64,000 nt of DNA. It comes from Lama guanicoe (Eukaryota). The stretch covers positions 3,986,399 to 4,050,398 of the forward strand of contig MU053934.1 in NCBI GenBank assembly GCA_013239625.1, read 5' to 3'. A model generated the notes under the pieces. That model saw nothing but the letters and a program-made list of their open reading frames with translations, did not search any database and was not told the DNA's origin. Position 1 is the first letter of the stretch, and the number at the start of each line of letters is the position of its first letter. Below are positions 27,901 through 39,600 of the stretch, piece after piece. A program made the translations under genes and the position numbers.

Positions 27901-30900
27901 GAACTGGCCCAGGCCTTTGGGAATGGGGGGCCAAGACCCAGAGCAAGCTGGAGCTCGAGCTTCCCCTGCCCCCCAACCCCGGCTGCACCCCACCCACCAC
28001 CCCGTCAGCCCGTCAGCCCGTCAGCCCTGTGTGCGCGCCTGCAGGAGCGCGCGTGTGTGACTCAAGGTCTATTCATAGCTGAGCTCCACCAGCTGCAGCG
28101 TCACAAGAAGAGGGGCCTCAGCCCATATTATTATTTCAATTACCATCTGAATTAAAAGTTTGAGCAGCGATCAGCCCACGTAGCGAGGAGAAGAGGGAGC
28201 AGGAGAAAAATAAAGATGAAAAGGAGAAGAAGGGCTGCGCCCGGAGATCCCCCCACACCCCAAGGAGGGCTGAGTCGCTGAGGAGGCTTAAAGGTTATGC
28301 CAGCCCCCAGGATTCCTGCCCGCCCCTCGCCCAGGGCCTAGGGTCCTCCTGGGAATGGGAGGAGCACTTTGAGATCACAGCCGAGCGGCAGCTACTTTGT
28401 GGGAATAGATCGTTGAGTCCAGGTTCTTGGTCACATGTATGGGCGTACCAACCTCAGAGAGGGTGAGGAACTGACCTAAGGTCACACAGGGAGCCATACC
28501 TAAGGCTGCTGGCTCCAAGACCGTCTCTTGCCAGACAGGTCCCACCTACAGTTTCTCTTGACCTCACAGGCTGTATGACACTGACATCTGTGGGTGGCCC
28601 TGGGACAGCACCAGGGAAGACAGAGGTGGAGCTGCTATCCCTGCTGGTTTCTCTTCCTGCTCCCTTCTCCCAGCTCCCAAGGCTGACTCTCCTACCCACA
28701 GCCCTAGTCTAGAACCAAACTCTGCCGTCTGCCAAACCACCCAGCAGTCTGCACCCCAAACCCAGACTCTAAACTCTACCATCAGCCTAAAGGCCCCTCC
28801 TTGCTCACTGGTGCAGGGAACAGAGCCCTGGCCCAAATCTAATTCTCTGATCACCTTTGGGCAAGCCACTCTTTGTCTCTGAGCCTCAGTCTTCCCCCTT
28901 GTAAAATGAGTTTTCCTCTTGGGTGCCTGTCTATTTCTACGTCTTCAGAATGGAGCCCCCAGAGGATCTCTGAGGGGGTGTCATGCTGTGGGGGCGACAC
29001 ACCATCTCCTGCCAAGCCCCAGTCCAGGGGAGGGACGTTTTCCACTCTTTCCTCCAGGAAGTCCCAGGGACAGCCCCAGAGAATCAGACTGGCCCGGACT
29101 CAAATCCAGGCTCCTCCACTTCCTGCTGTGTGACCTTGGAAAAATCACAGAGACTCTCTGAGCCATGGCTCCCCCATCTGTAACACAGGGACCTTAATTT
29201 GACACTGTGGGGTGGCAGGGAAGATTAAATGAGAAAGGTTTACAAAAGCTCCTTGCCCAGTGCCTGGCCTGACAACAACATGCATTTCCTTGCTGGGAAG
29301 CGGGTGAGTGATGGGTGCTGCTCCCAGCTCCTCCAGGGGGCTATCAAAGACTACTGAGATTTTGGAGGTGGGGCTATCATTCAACCTCACCCATAAAGCA
29401 GGAGTCATTGGGTCAGTATCCCTGGTAGGCTCTCATCTGGTTCTGCTTGAATAGCTCTGGGAATGAGGATCTCACTATTTCACAAAATATCCACAGATGC
29501 TCCCCATCCTTCTCCACCTCCAGCTCCAGGAATCTTCTACACAGGGCCGTCATCTTCCATCTTAACCCCAAATCCAGCTGATCCCTGACTGGGACTGTCT
29601 GAAACTGGCTTTAAAATGAGCCTGAAAGAGAGTTCTTCAAGTAGACCAAATGAGGGATGGGACTAATGGGCAGGGGTGGTGGGGCTGGAGCAGCCAGGGA
29701 GCAGGAAGAAAGAAGGGAGGGGGCCAAAATGAGAACGGGGCCCTCGAAGCTCTTGGGTCCCATCTGGGCTGTCCAGAGGCTTCCGCAGCGGGTATGTGTA
29801 TCTGCCTGTCTCTCTGTCCACTTCTAGGCAGGGCTGGGAGCCAGGAGCCCTGGGTTCAGACCCAGCTTTGCTTCCTCCACCCTCAAACCATCACTGTGAC
29901 CTTGGGGAGGGTCCACTTCCCTCTCTGGGCCTTGGTTTCCACTTTTGTAAAATAAAGGCATCAAACTAGTGATTTAAGCGCCAAGCCTTCCGTCTGAATT
30001 GAAACACTGTCCTGCCAATGGCTAGATCGGCCTGCCCCTACCTCCAGCCCAGAGTGCTGAGAGCCATGGGGTCCCTGAGTGTCCAGTTTCAGGCCTGAGA
30101 CCCTGTCTCTTCCCCTGTCCCCCTTTCATGTCTAGTGCCTCTTTCACATCTAGTGTTTTTGAGGATTCTATCACTCCCATTTTACAGGTGAAGAGGTGGA
30201 GGCATAAGGAGGTAAAGTCATTTGCTCAAGGTCATAGAGAGCCATTCAAAATTCAGGACTCCTCCTCTGTGCCCAGGAGAGCAGAAGGACTCAAGGGCAT
30301 CTTTTTTCAGGAGAGTCACCAAGATCTTGAATGGCCAACTGTTCTCTACAGATGTAGACTCTGCATCGGGTGGGGGTGGGAGGGGTGCTGCCCAAGGTCA
30401 CACGGCAAAGCAATGACAGACTGAGGTTCTGCACCCAAACTCCCTGCCTCCCAGGCCCCACCTAGCCAGGGGGACAGCAACATGGTCTGACCTCCTGCTC
30501 TGCCCTGGGATCTCCAAGATTAGAGCCCTTCTTCTGCCTCTAGGCTCTGCTTGGCTGCTCCCGGAAGCCCCCAACACCTGGGACTGAGGGGGAAGAGTGA
30601 GCAGGAAGACAGGAAAGAAAGTTAAGGGTTGGCCGCTTGTCCCCCAGCCCCCTGGCCCTCCCTCCCCTTCTCTCCTCGTGCAGGGGGAGCGGCGGTGATG
30701 TAATGCACTCAGCTTTGGTCCCGGTGCCAATCTCAGAAGAGAGACGACAGATTGCGTGAGCCAAATTTGGCATCCTAGGGGGAGAGGCATGAAAAGTGGA
30801 GATGTGGAGGAGAGGAGCGAGGAGCCTGGGGAGGTGCGGGAGAAGGCCCCCTGCCCAGCAGACCCCGAGATGCCTCCCTCCTGTGACTCCAGCCTCCACC

Positions 30901-32236
30901 TCCTCCCTAGCCCACCTGGCCTTGGGGCCTCCCCTTCTCACTCCAAGAGACGAGCCTTGCTGCTCTCCGGACCCTCCAGGCCTGGTGCTGCCAGTCCTGC
31001 CCCCCCAACACACCACTCCGGCTCCATTTCCCACCGCTGCTAGTCTCCTGGTTACCATGTTGCTGGTTGTCATGTCGCTTACATGTCCTCGTGACTCAGT
31101 GGTCCCCGCAGAGGGGCCCCCTCCTCCTCACACCCCCCTCACCACCCGCCCCCGCCTCCCCCAGATCCACATTAAGAACCAGCCCGCCCTGTAAGCCTAC
31201 ACTGTTCCTCCTCCCCTTCCTTCTTAGATCCTAAGCTAAGAAATCTTTTCACAGCATCTCCTAGAGCTATTTCATTCTCTGTTCGCTAATGTCTGTTAAG
31301 AACCTACTATGCTCCAGGCTTGTGTGAGCTGCTTTCAGAGACCTGGCATGGACTGTAAATCATTCGGCAACCCAATGAAGCCAGTACCCACTCTCCAGTT
31401 GAAGAAACTGAGGCTCAGAGAGGTCAAGCCAATTGCCCAAGGTCACCCAGCAGAAATTCAAGGCCAGCACTGGTCTGTTCCCGGTCACGCCTATGCTTTT
31501 TATGGGAGAGGAGCTTTCCTCTCAAGGGTAACCCAAAGGTTCCTGAGGAATAGCCCCCAAGCCCCAGATCCCCGCTCCAATTCTGGACACTCTTCTTCTT
31601 GGTCAGCCATCTATTCAGGCCATATTCCCCTCTCCCCGTTAGCTTTTCATGTTCCCAAAGGTAAAATGAGTCCTTACTCCCATCTGCTCAGTATTATCCC
31701 CAGCTTTGAACAGCCCTCAGCTCACTTGAGCCCAGGGCCCCCTTTGGAGGTCAGTGGGACAGGGAGTGGTGTCCTCATTCCACAGATATGGATGTTGAGG
31801 GTGAGAGAAGAGAGTGACTTGCCCACTGTGCTGGTTCTTCAGTTAACTGAGCTGATTTCTAGAATCCTGAATGGAGGATATACAAGGCCCACTGGCCAGT
31901 GTGGAAAACCCCAGAAAGAGCCCCTCCTCCCAGTGGAGAACAGAGTAGAATGTTCTAGGTTCAGCCCTCCAGATTCTGATTTGGCTATGGTGCAGCTCAG
32001 TGGTCAACAGCCTTTGCCCTGGCCATGTTGCACCTCAGCCTGTATCCTACCACCCTCTTCTGCCTTTTATTCCCCTCAGCCCATGTCAAGTCAGGACCAC
32101 AGTTTGGCTCTTAGGCCCCTAAAGTCCTGCCCACAGCTCCCAAAAGTCCCAAAGCCCTGGAGGTCACAAGACTGGATGTGGAGGAGTAGCAGAATAGACA
32201 TTTTACATGCATGCATGCATGCACATTTTACACATT

Positions 32237-32237
<1 letters not shown>

Positions 32238-32272
<35 letters not shown>
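32238..32272. repeat. (CA)n microsatellite
   Basis: Uninterrupted CA run. Confidence 0.95.
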
Positions 32273-32274
<2 letters not shown>

Positions 32275-32899
32275 TTCTCTCGGCTCCTCTCTGGACCTTG
32301 CACGCGTGACCCTCATGCCTTACTCCTTCAGCTCCCCATTCCCTCAACCTGCTTCTCGATCCTACTGCTCTTGATGCCCTCACCTGCTAACTTAGCCAGG
32401 CCCCCCTCCACCTGTCCCTCCACCACCCTCCTGCCTGCCATCTCCCTGCATCCTCTCCCTGTCCTGGAGCCTGGGCTGGGGGACACTGGGCACCGGAAGG
32501 GCTGCAGTGAAGTTTCCTTACTCTGGGATTCATTCAGACCTCTCTTTCCTTAGGGTTCTCCGTTTGCGGAGGGAAAAGCAGTCTTGTCTCTCTCCACAGC
32601 CAGTCTTCACCCCTGTGAGACATGAACTGCCTCATTCACTGGATCCCTGTCCACCCACCCTAGGTTCTTGGGACCCAAAGTAGGTGCTCAAAACATGGGA
32701 AGTGGGGTTTTGTTCTGCCAGGGCCATTTGCAAACAGGCTGCAGTTGGGGACTTGGAAAGGAGATACCCCCCCACCTTTGCCACAAGTCACCTGCCTCAT
32801 TGAAACTCCTCCAACCCGGTGTGACAGTTGGGGGTGGGTGGAGGCAGGGAAAGGTCATGGCCGGGGCAGGAGGTCAAGGCCCCTTCCACTCACCTCTAC

Positions 32900-34400
32900 C
32901 TGCCCAGACCACGCCGCTCACCAGCCCCCGGGGGGAGTCGCCTGACCGCGCTGGGCGCGCGCTGAGCATCCGGAACCCCGGTCACGGATACGGTGGTGAG
33001 CGGGTGGGGCCCGAGTCGCCAGGCCCAGGGACACACAGACACGCACGCGGCCGAACCGACGGACGGACAGCGCCAGTGGCGAGCGCAGGCCGGGCTTACC
33101 GCGGGACAGAGGGTCCGACAAGTCTCCGGGAGGCGGCGGGCGGGCGCTACATCCCACGGCGCAGTCGGGCGGGCGGCGTCCCAGGCGCGGAGAGGGAAGT
33201 CCTGGCGCCCCTTCCCCGCAAACTCTGCGAGACCCCGCCCCCCCTCCCCGGCTGACTGTGGGTCTGTCCGTCTGTCCCCGGGTCTCCTGGTCTCCGGGCC
33301 GTCCCGCGCCGCTCCCCGCGGGCCGCCCAACTTTCAGCGCTGCCCCGCGCCGCGCCCTCGGCGCCGCCTCGGCGTCAGCATCGTCGGGCCCCGGGCCGGG
33401 GCTCAGAGCGCGGGGGTCCGGGGACCCATGGCGCTCGTGCCCCCAGCCCCCGCCGCAGGCGCCTTCCCTCCGCCGCCCCCACTGTTCTCTCGCTGTCACT
33501 TCGCACTGTCCCCCGCCCTGCGCTCCGCTCCCCGCCCCGCTGCGCTTGCCTCTGGCCCCGAGACCTCGGCGGCCGGCCGGCACGGGCTCTTCCACCACCT
33601 CCCACTTTGGGCCCCCGGGTCTCTGTCTCTCCGGGTCTCTCTTGCCCCCCTCGGTCTCTCGGTCTCTCCCTGCGGGTCCCTGTTTTCGTTTCCGTCGCCC
33701 TCCCAGCCTGTCCCCTGCTTCCCCCTGCCTCTGCCCTGTCTCCCCTGCGCGTTTCGGTCTCGCTCCCCGTCTCTGTCCTTCTCTGTCTCGCTCTCCCTCC
33801 CACTCTCGGTGCCGCCCCCGCGGTCTCGGACCCCGGCCCCCGCTCTGCCGCGTCCCCGGCTCGCCCGGGAGCCCGAGCTCCCGCCGCCCGCGGCGCGCCG
33901 AGAACTCCCAACTCGCGGCACGCCGCCCCGCTTTGCGAGACTTTCGCCCCTCCTCACACGTGACCTGCGCCCCACTGCGGAGGCCGCGCCCCCCACTCCA
34001 AGCCCCAGAGCCTCGGGCGCCCGGAGCAGCCGGGCCCTGCCCCTCCCCCTCAGTCTAGGGGGGCGTCACACCCCCTCCCACCTGGCGGCCTCGCAGGGCC
34101 GGGGCAGGGGCTGGGGGCCGCGTGGTCCGCTCCTGCCCCAGATCCTGCCCGGGTTTTCCTCCTCCCTCCAGGAGCGCTCCTCCCAGAACCCCTTCCGAAA
34201 TCCGTTCCCGGGTTTTGTCTCCCCCCAGGGGCAGGTGGAGAGAGTTTCTCCGTGTCGGGAAGGGAGTGGGTGGGAGAGGGCAGGTGCCGGGTTCAGTAGC
34301 ACCGGGGCACTCCCCTCGACGGTCCCCCCCTTACCCTCCTGAAGTACCGGCAGTTAAGGACCCTACACAACCTGCTCCGGAAACGGAGGTGTGGCCCTGC
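32900..34400. promoter_or_regulatory. CpG island, KCNJ4 promoter
   Basis: Very high GC and CpG density with several GC boxes (CCCGCCCC) around the putative exon 1. Confidence 0.85.
33100..33330 (-). other. KCNJ4: Probable non-coding first exon of KCNJ4 (5' boundary approximate)
   Basis: Donor GCG|GTAAGC on the minus strand (GT at 33099-33098) inside a dense CpG island ~21 kb upstream of the coding exon. Fits the known two-exon structure of KCNJ4. Confidence 0.7.
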
Positions 34401-37400
34401 TGGTGTGACCCTCACAACTAGGCGGCACGGGCCCCATTTTACAGACGGGGAGACTGAGTACCGGAGAGGGTCACGAGCTTGCCTAAGGTCATGCAGAGGT
34501 GGCAGAGCCACACCAAACCCCAGTCTTTCCTTCGTTGCGTCCCCTTTACCCCAAAATGTCTTTATAAGGGAGGATTGTGCCCTTTCCCTTCTCGCCCTGA
34601 GTGAGCCTAGGTCTGGGCCCTCACACTCTGGACTGTGGGGAGAAGACCCCGGGGCATCACAGCCCCTGGAGAGTCAGCCATTTCTGTGGCCATCCTGCCA
34701 CCTCACTCCAACCCTCTGAGGATGCAGGAGGTTGGAGGATGCAGGGTGGGAGGATGAGAGAACACCTGCAGTTAGACAGCCAGAAGGACTTCCCTGGCTA
34801 TCTCTGACTGGCCCCAGTTTAGAGAGGGACACTGAAGAACACCAAAACCGGATTGAGAACTTATTGAATATTAAACTTCTTCTGGCTTCTCCTTCAAGCT
34901 GATCCTTTGAAGCTGCGGCAGGCACAGGAACCACAATACATGAGCCACCAGTACTGTTTCCCTTCCCTGCAGACTCTCCCCACCTGGAAGAATCCAGTCC
35001 CAACTCCTCGGCATGATACACAGTCAGGCCCCACCTTATCCTACCGCCCATATACCCACACATACACCCTGGTTCCCACAGATTCCAGAACACATCAGAT
35101 GCTTCCACACCTCTCTGCCTTTGCATGTGCTGTTCTTCCTACCTGAAATGCCCTTTCTCGTCTGCTTCAAGAATTCCTGCTGTTCTCCAAGTCTAGCCTC
35201 CACACCGCCTCCCCTAGAAAGGCCTGATGCCCTCAGCAGAAGTCATCCATCACCTACTCATTCATTCATCCAGCACTGGGAACAAGTTTGGTCCTTGTTA
35301 CCTGTGCTTGGGAGTCAGGCCAACCTGGGCTCAACAGCATTTAGGAGCTGCATGACCTTGTGCAAATTTTTTATTTCACCTGTCGATAAAATCAGGACCC
35401 TAACAGTCCTTCCTCTCACAGGCACAGATTAAATAAGGTGGATGCACAAGAAATGCACTGTTCATATTAGATGCTCAATGAATGTGACCATCCCTTCTCA
35501 GTCCTTCCTTCTACACTGTGCAGACCTCCATGGTGCATGGCCCATTCCATACCCAGCTTACTCATTACTCTGCTGTGCCCTCACAGGTGGGCAACCAGGA
35601 CTGATGTTCCATGGAATGAGTCTTTGATGTGCGAATGGATGGGGAACTCAAGCAATCTGAGTGCTGGGTCAGTGGTGATGTGCGCCTGGTACCTATCACA
35701 TCTTTCCATGAATTGAAAGCGGGAGGATGTAGGTGAGGCAAATGTCCTGTGGTCTCTTTACCTAGCCTAGTGGTTGCCCTGATAGTGTGGAGTGCAGAGG
35801 AAGGAGAAGGGACAGGAGAAGGGGGAGATGGATACAGGGGTGTCTTAGCTCCAGAGCATCTGTTCCTGTGGGATCAAACCCAATGCTGAGTCCCTAGTCA
35901 CTAGCTGAAGGAAAGAGCAGGGGCTCAGGGGCAGTGACTTCAGGGAGAGGAGAGGGGGAGGCCTGGTGGCTGTGACATTGCAGGGGTTGGGAGGAAACAT
36001 CTGGTCTTGGTCACCTTGCAAGTCCTGGGGCTGCAGCCTGTGGCCCCCTTTGCTCATCTCTGGTGAGGAGGGTCCTGTGGAGGCTAAGGGTGGACTGGGA
36101 GGAAGTGGGGGGGCAGAAAGGGCATCTCTAGGCAGGAAGAGCATCACAGACCCCCCCAAAAAGAGTCTCTTTCCCACCATCCAACCCTGTGTGACTGGGC
36201 AGCTCACTCCTCCTCTCTGGGCCTCGGTTTCCTCAGATGTAAAATGAGGGGGATAATATCCATGTTAAGGGGCTGTTCTGAGGATGATTAAGGACTAAAA
36301 GAAGAATTGGCTGTGTTGGAGTAGTTTCCAGCCATGTGCAGGGCAGGGGTGGGAGGTAGGGGGAGGAGTGGGAGACAGGTGTGCAGGGGCTGGGGGGGTT
36401 GGGGTAGGCTTGGGTGTCAGAACCTGGGTGACCCTGGGCAAGGTGCTTGTCCTCGCTGGACCTCAGAGGCTCATCTGTAAGGGGACAGTCTGGATTGGGG
36501 CCCCAAAGGGCAAGGAGACTTTGTCATCACCAACACAGAAGCACCACCTGGATGGAGTGAGGAAAACAAGCATTCTGTGAGAGCATGTCCTGGGCACCTT
36601 TAAGCTCTACAAGAGCTCTATGATACAGGTACTCATTATCCATAGGGAAACTGAGGCAGGTGGCGTGGCCCAAGTGGCCAGGAACAGCTCTTTGGAGGGG
36701 TGATACTTGCTCTGAAGTTTGATGGAAATGATAGTAAAAACCTTTGCCCACCTGTACGTTTTGCCAAAGCTTCCTTCCCGTTCTCCATTCTCCCATTTGA
36801 CCCTCACAATAACTCACTGAGGTGGAGAATTTGACCATCCCTCGTTCACAGGCAAGAAACCTGAACTGAGACATGGGAAGAGGAAGTGCCTTGCCCGGGG
36901 TCACTCAGGGAATAAGCAAGTGTCTGAACTACAACTTGAACCTTTGAACCCACTCCTAGTCTTTGGAGTAAGGTCATTCCAGGCCAGCAGAGCACTCACT
37001 GGCTCACTCTGGGAATCCAGTTCAGTCTCCCTGGTCCCACAGGAGCCCTGAGAGCTTGTGTCAGTGGGGCTGGGAGGACTGGATGGAAGGGGGACTTGGG
37101 CCCGCGGGTGGGACAGCTGGGGAGGGGAGGGAAAGGTCCACCTCAAAATGCCAGAGTCACTGAGTCCAAAGGTTTTTGGTCTAGAGAGCTCCTTAAAATC
37201 CAACAAGCCCATTCTACAGACTGGACCAGCTGAGGTAGCCCAGTTGCTTAGATTAGAAATCAGACCAGGACACAGCTGGCCTGCCTCAGAGCCCTAAAGT
37301 GCCAGCAGCCCTGAGGGGTGAGGACCAGAGGTGGGGAAAGGGGCACTGAGGGTCCAGAGGACCCACCCTAGCAGGCTGTGCCCAGGGGACAGAAGACTGT

Positions 37401-37869
37401 AGGGGTCTCTCCCGCCCTCTGCTCCCACCCTTGCCCACCCCCAAGCACTCTAGTCACCAGGGTGGAATATTTTAGCACCTATAGAAAAACCGCCACAGAC
37501 GGCCGTGGCAGCTGTTGCTAAGGAGACGCTCCCAAAATAGCCCCCCTCCGCCAACCTTTCCCGCTGCTGCTCCTGCTGTGGGGAGGGGAGGAGGCCAGGC
37601 AGAGAGGAGGTGGCACACGAGCCCTGGCCCCAGGTTCACCCACCCACCCTTGCCCCCAGTGTCCACACCGGCCTAAGACCTGGGCAAGCCAAAGACCTGG
37701 GCAGCCACAGGTCTGCAGAGGGGGCAAGAGCTAGCCGAAGCATGCCTGTGGCATCAGCATCGGTCCTTAGCTAGGGAAAGGTCACCTAGATGAGGGGAGA
37801 TGAAAGAGAAAAGAGTCCCTGCACCCAGGAACCCCAGCACACTCCCACGCGTGCACAATCACAGGCCTC

Positions 37870-38165
37870 ACAGTTTTACACACCCACTTGTACACGTCAC
37901 AAGTACAAACCCACAAATGTCCACCTAAATTTGCATACACACCATCAAAGACACAAATAGATGCATGGGTAAACACATATGCCACAAATACACAACATAC
38001 ACTTGCAAGCACATGCCACACAGCCGTAAATACACATGTTTACATACACATGCTCAGATATGCATCCAAGTATGCACACATACACCAATATATGCATGCC
38101 GGGCACATGTGTACACACACACACATGCCAATATATATAGCCTCATAGCACATGAACATACAACT
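37870..38165. repeat. Degenerate CA/TA-rich low-complexity tract
   Basis: Repeated cacatgc and tacac words. Confidence 0.7.
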
Positions 38166-38949
38166 GTCCAAACGTGTGCAGCTTGTGGCATTCAAAGGGA
38201 ACTGAGTGGTGTTACAGTTGGGCTGTGTCCAGGGAAAGTGTCTTGGGACCTCCAGACAGCCTTACTTAGTGGAGAACCATTAAGATCCAGCCACAGGGTG
38301 GAAGATTAGAAGAAAGTGTACAGGAGGGCGGGTACACAATGATGTCTCTGTGAACTCCTCAAAATAGGTGGTCTGGGAGACCAAAGAGTCCCTGGTGCCT
38401 AGGAGATCTGCCCTGAGCTCATTCCTTAGGAAGCAGAAGGGAGGGAACTGTCACTTGCAGACTGGAAACCCCTGGGAATGGAGAGTTCTGTGCTCCAGGT
38501 TCACTGTGCCGCTGGTTGTCACCAAGGCTGCACTTGGGCTGTGGTGATGATGAGAATCAGAAGGCAGTAGGCTTTACAGTTAATAAGCCACCTTTACATT
38601 CGTTATTTCACATACTTGGTAACAGCTACTCTGAGATATTGGTGGTATTGTCCCCATCTCTGAGACCCAGACAGGAGAGAGGACTTGAAGACCACAGAGC
38701 AAGTCACTAGCAGAGCTGGAACCAGACCCCAAAGAGGTGCCAGCACACAGCTCTATATGCCTTCCACTTGGCTGCGAGGCACAAGCTGAAAAGCAGACTA
38801 CCAGGGTGCCGGGCTTGGCGTTGCCCCTGATTTGCCCTATGATATTGGGGAGTAGCCAAGCCCTTCCTCTCCCCACCTGGAAAGCCGAGAGTGAATCTCC
38901 AGGGGTGTATTCAAGCAGCAGTTTATGGCCCACAGTCAGGGCTGGGGAG

Positions 38950-39270
38950 TGGAGCTTGCCAAATGCCCTCAGAATGCCAGCGCAAGGACAAAGGGCGCGG
39001 AGTCGCTCCCCTCCGCGCTTGGCCAGCCGCCGTCTCTCCTGTCTCGCTCCGTGGCTCCGGTTCAGGAATCCGGGCTCCGGGTCTTCGCTGGCGCCTCCTC
39101 ACTCCGGAGACGCGGAGAGCGGCTTGCGGTTGCCTTGGGAACCTCGCCCCGGCCCGGCGCGCAGCGCACGACTCCCAGCGCTGTGCGCCGGGCCTGGGCC
39201 CCGCGCGCGGAGTTTGGCCTTTGGAGTCTCAGAGAGACACTCGTAGCCAGCGGCGAGGGAAAGGGGCATA
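38950..39270. promoter_or_regulatory. Small orphan CpG island between the KCNJ4 and KDELR3 promoters
   Basis: Dense CpG cluster in otherwise CpG-depleted DNA, with no recognisable exon. Confidence 0.6.
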
Positions 39271-39299
39271 GCGAACAGGGTTGTTTTTTAGCTCTTCTT

Positions 39300-39600
39300 T
39301 TCCTTTTAATTGAGGTGTAACTAACAAACACTAATTCATACATCTTAAGACTACACAGCTTGATGAATTTTTACATATGTATAAAACCCGTGTAAAAGAA
39401 TATGAAATATATATACATATACACACACATATATAGAAAAAGCTGAATCACTATGCTGTACGCCAGAAACTAATACAACCTTGTAAATCAACTATATTTC
39501 AATTTTTTTAAATGGGTAAAAAAAACCCGAAAAAACCCAATCCATGTAACCACCACTTGGATCTAGATACAGAACACTTCCAGCGCCCCAGAAGGCTTCC
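39300..39600. mobile_element. Old antisense L1 3'-UTR fragment interrupted by a younger sense L1 3' end (~39395-39510)
   Basis: ctgaatcactatgctgtacgccagaaactaatacaaccttgtaaatcaactat (L1 3' terminus) sits inside ttaattgaggtgtaact...catgtaaccaccac...agaacacttccagc. Confidence 0.65.

Noticed and set aside
31309..32553. 414-aa ATG-initiated ORF antisense to KCNJ4 intron 1
   Set aside because: It runs through MIR fragments and a (CA)n microsatellite (THTHTH) and resembles no protein family I know. Most likely a chance ORF.
32993..34342. 449-aa ORF and other long overlapping ORFs in the CpG island
   Set aside because: Low-complexity Pro/Arg/Ala/Gly translation, non-ATG start and no recognisable domain. 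Long ORFs are expected where high GC depletes stop codons.
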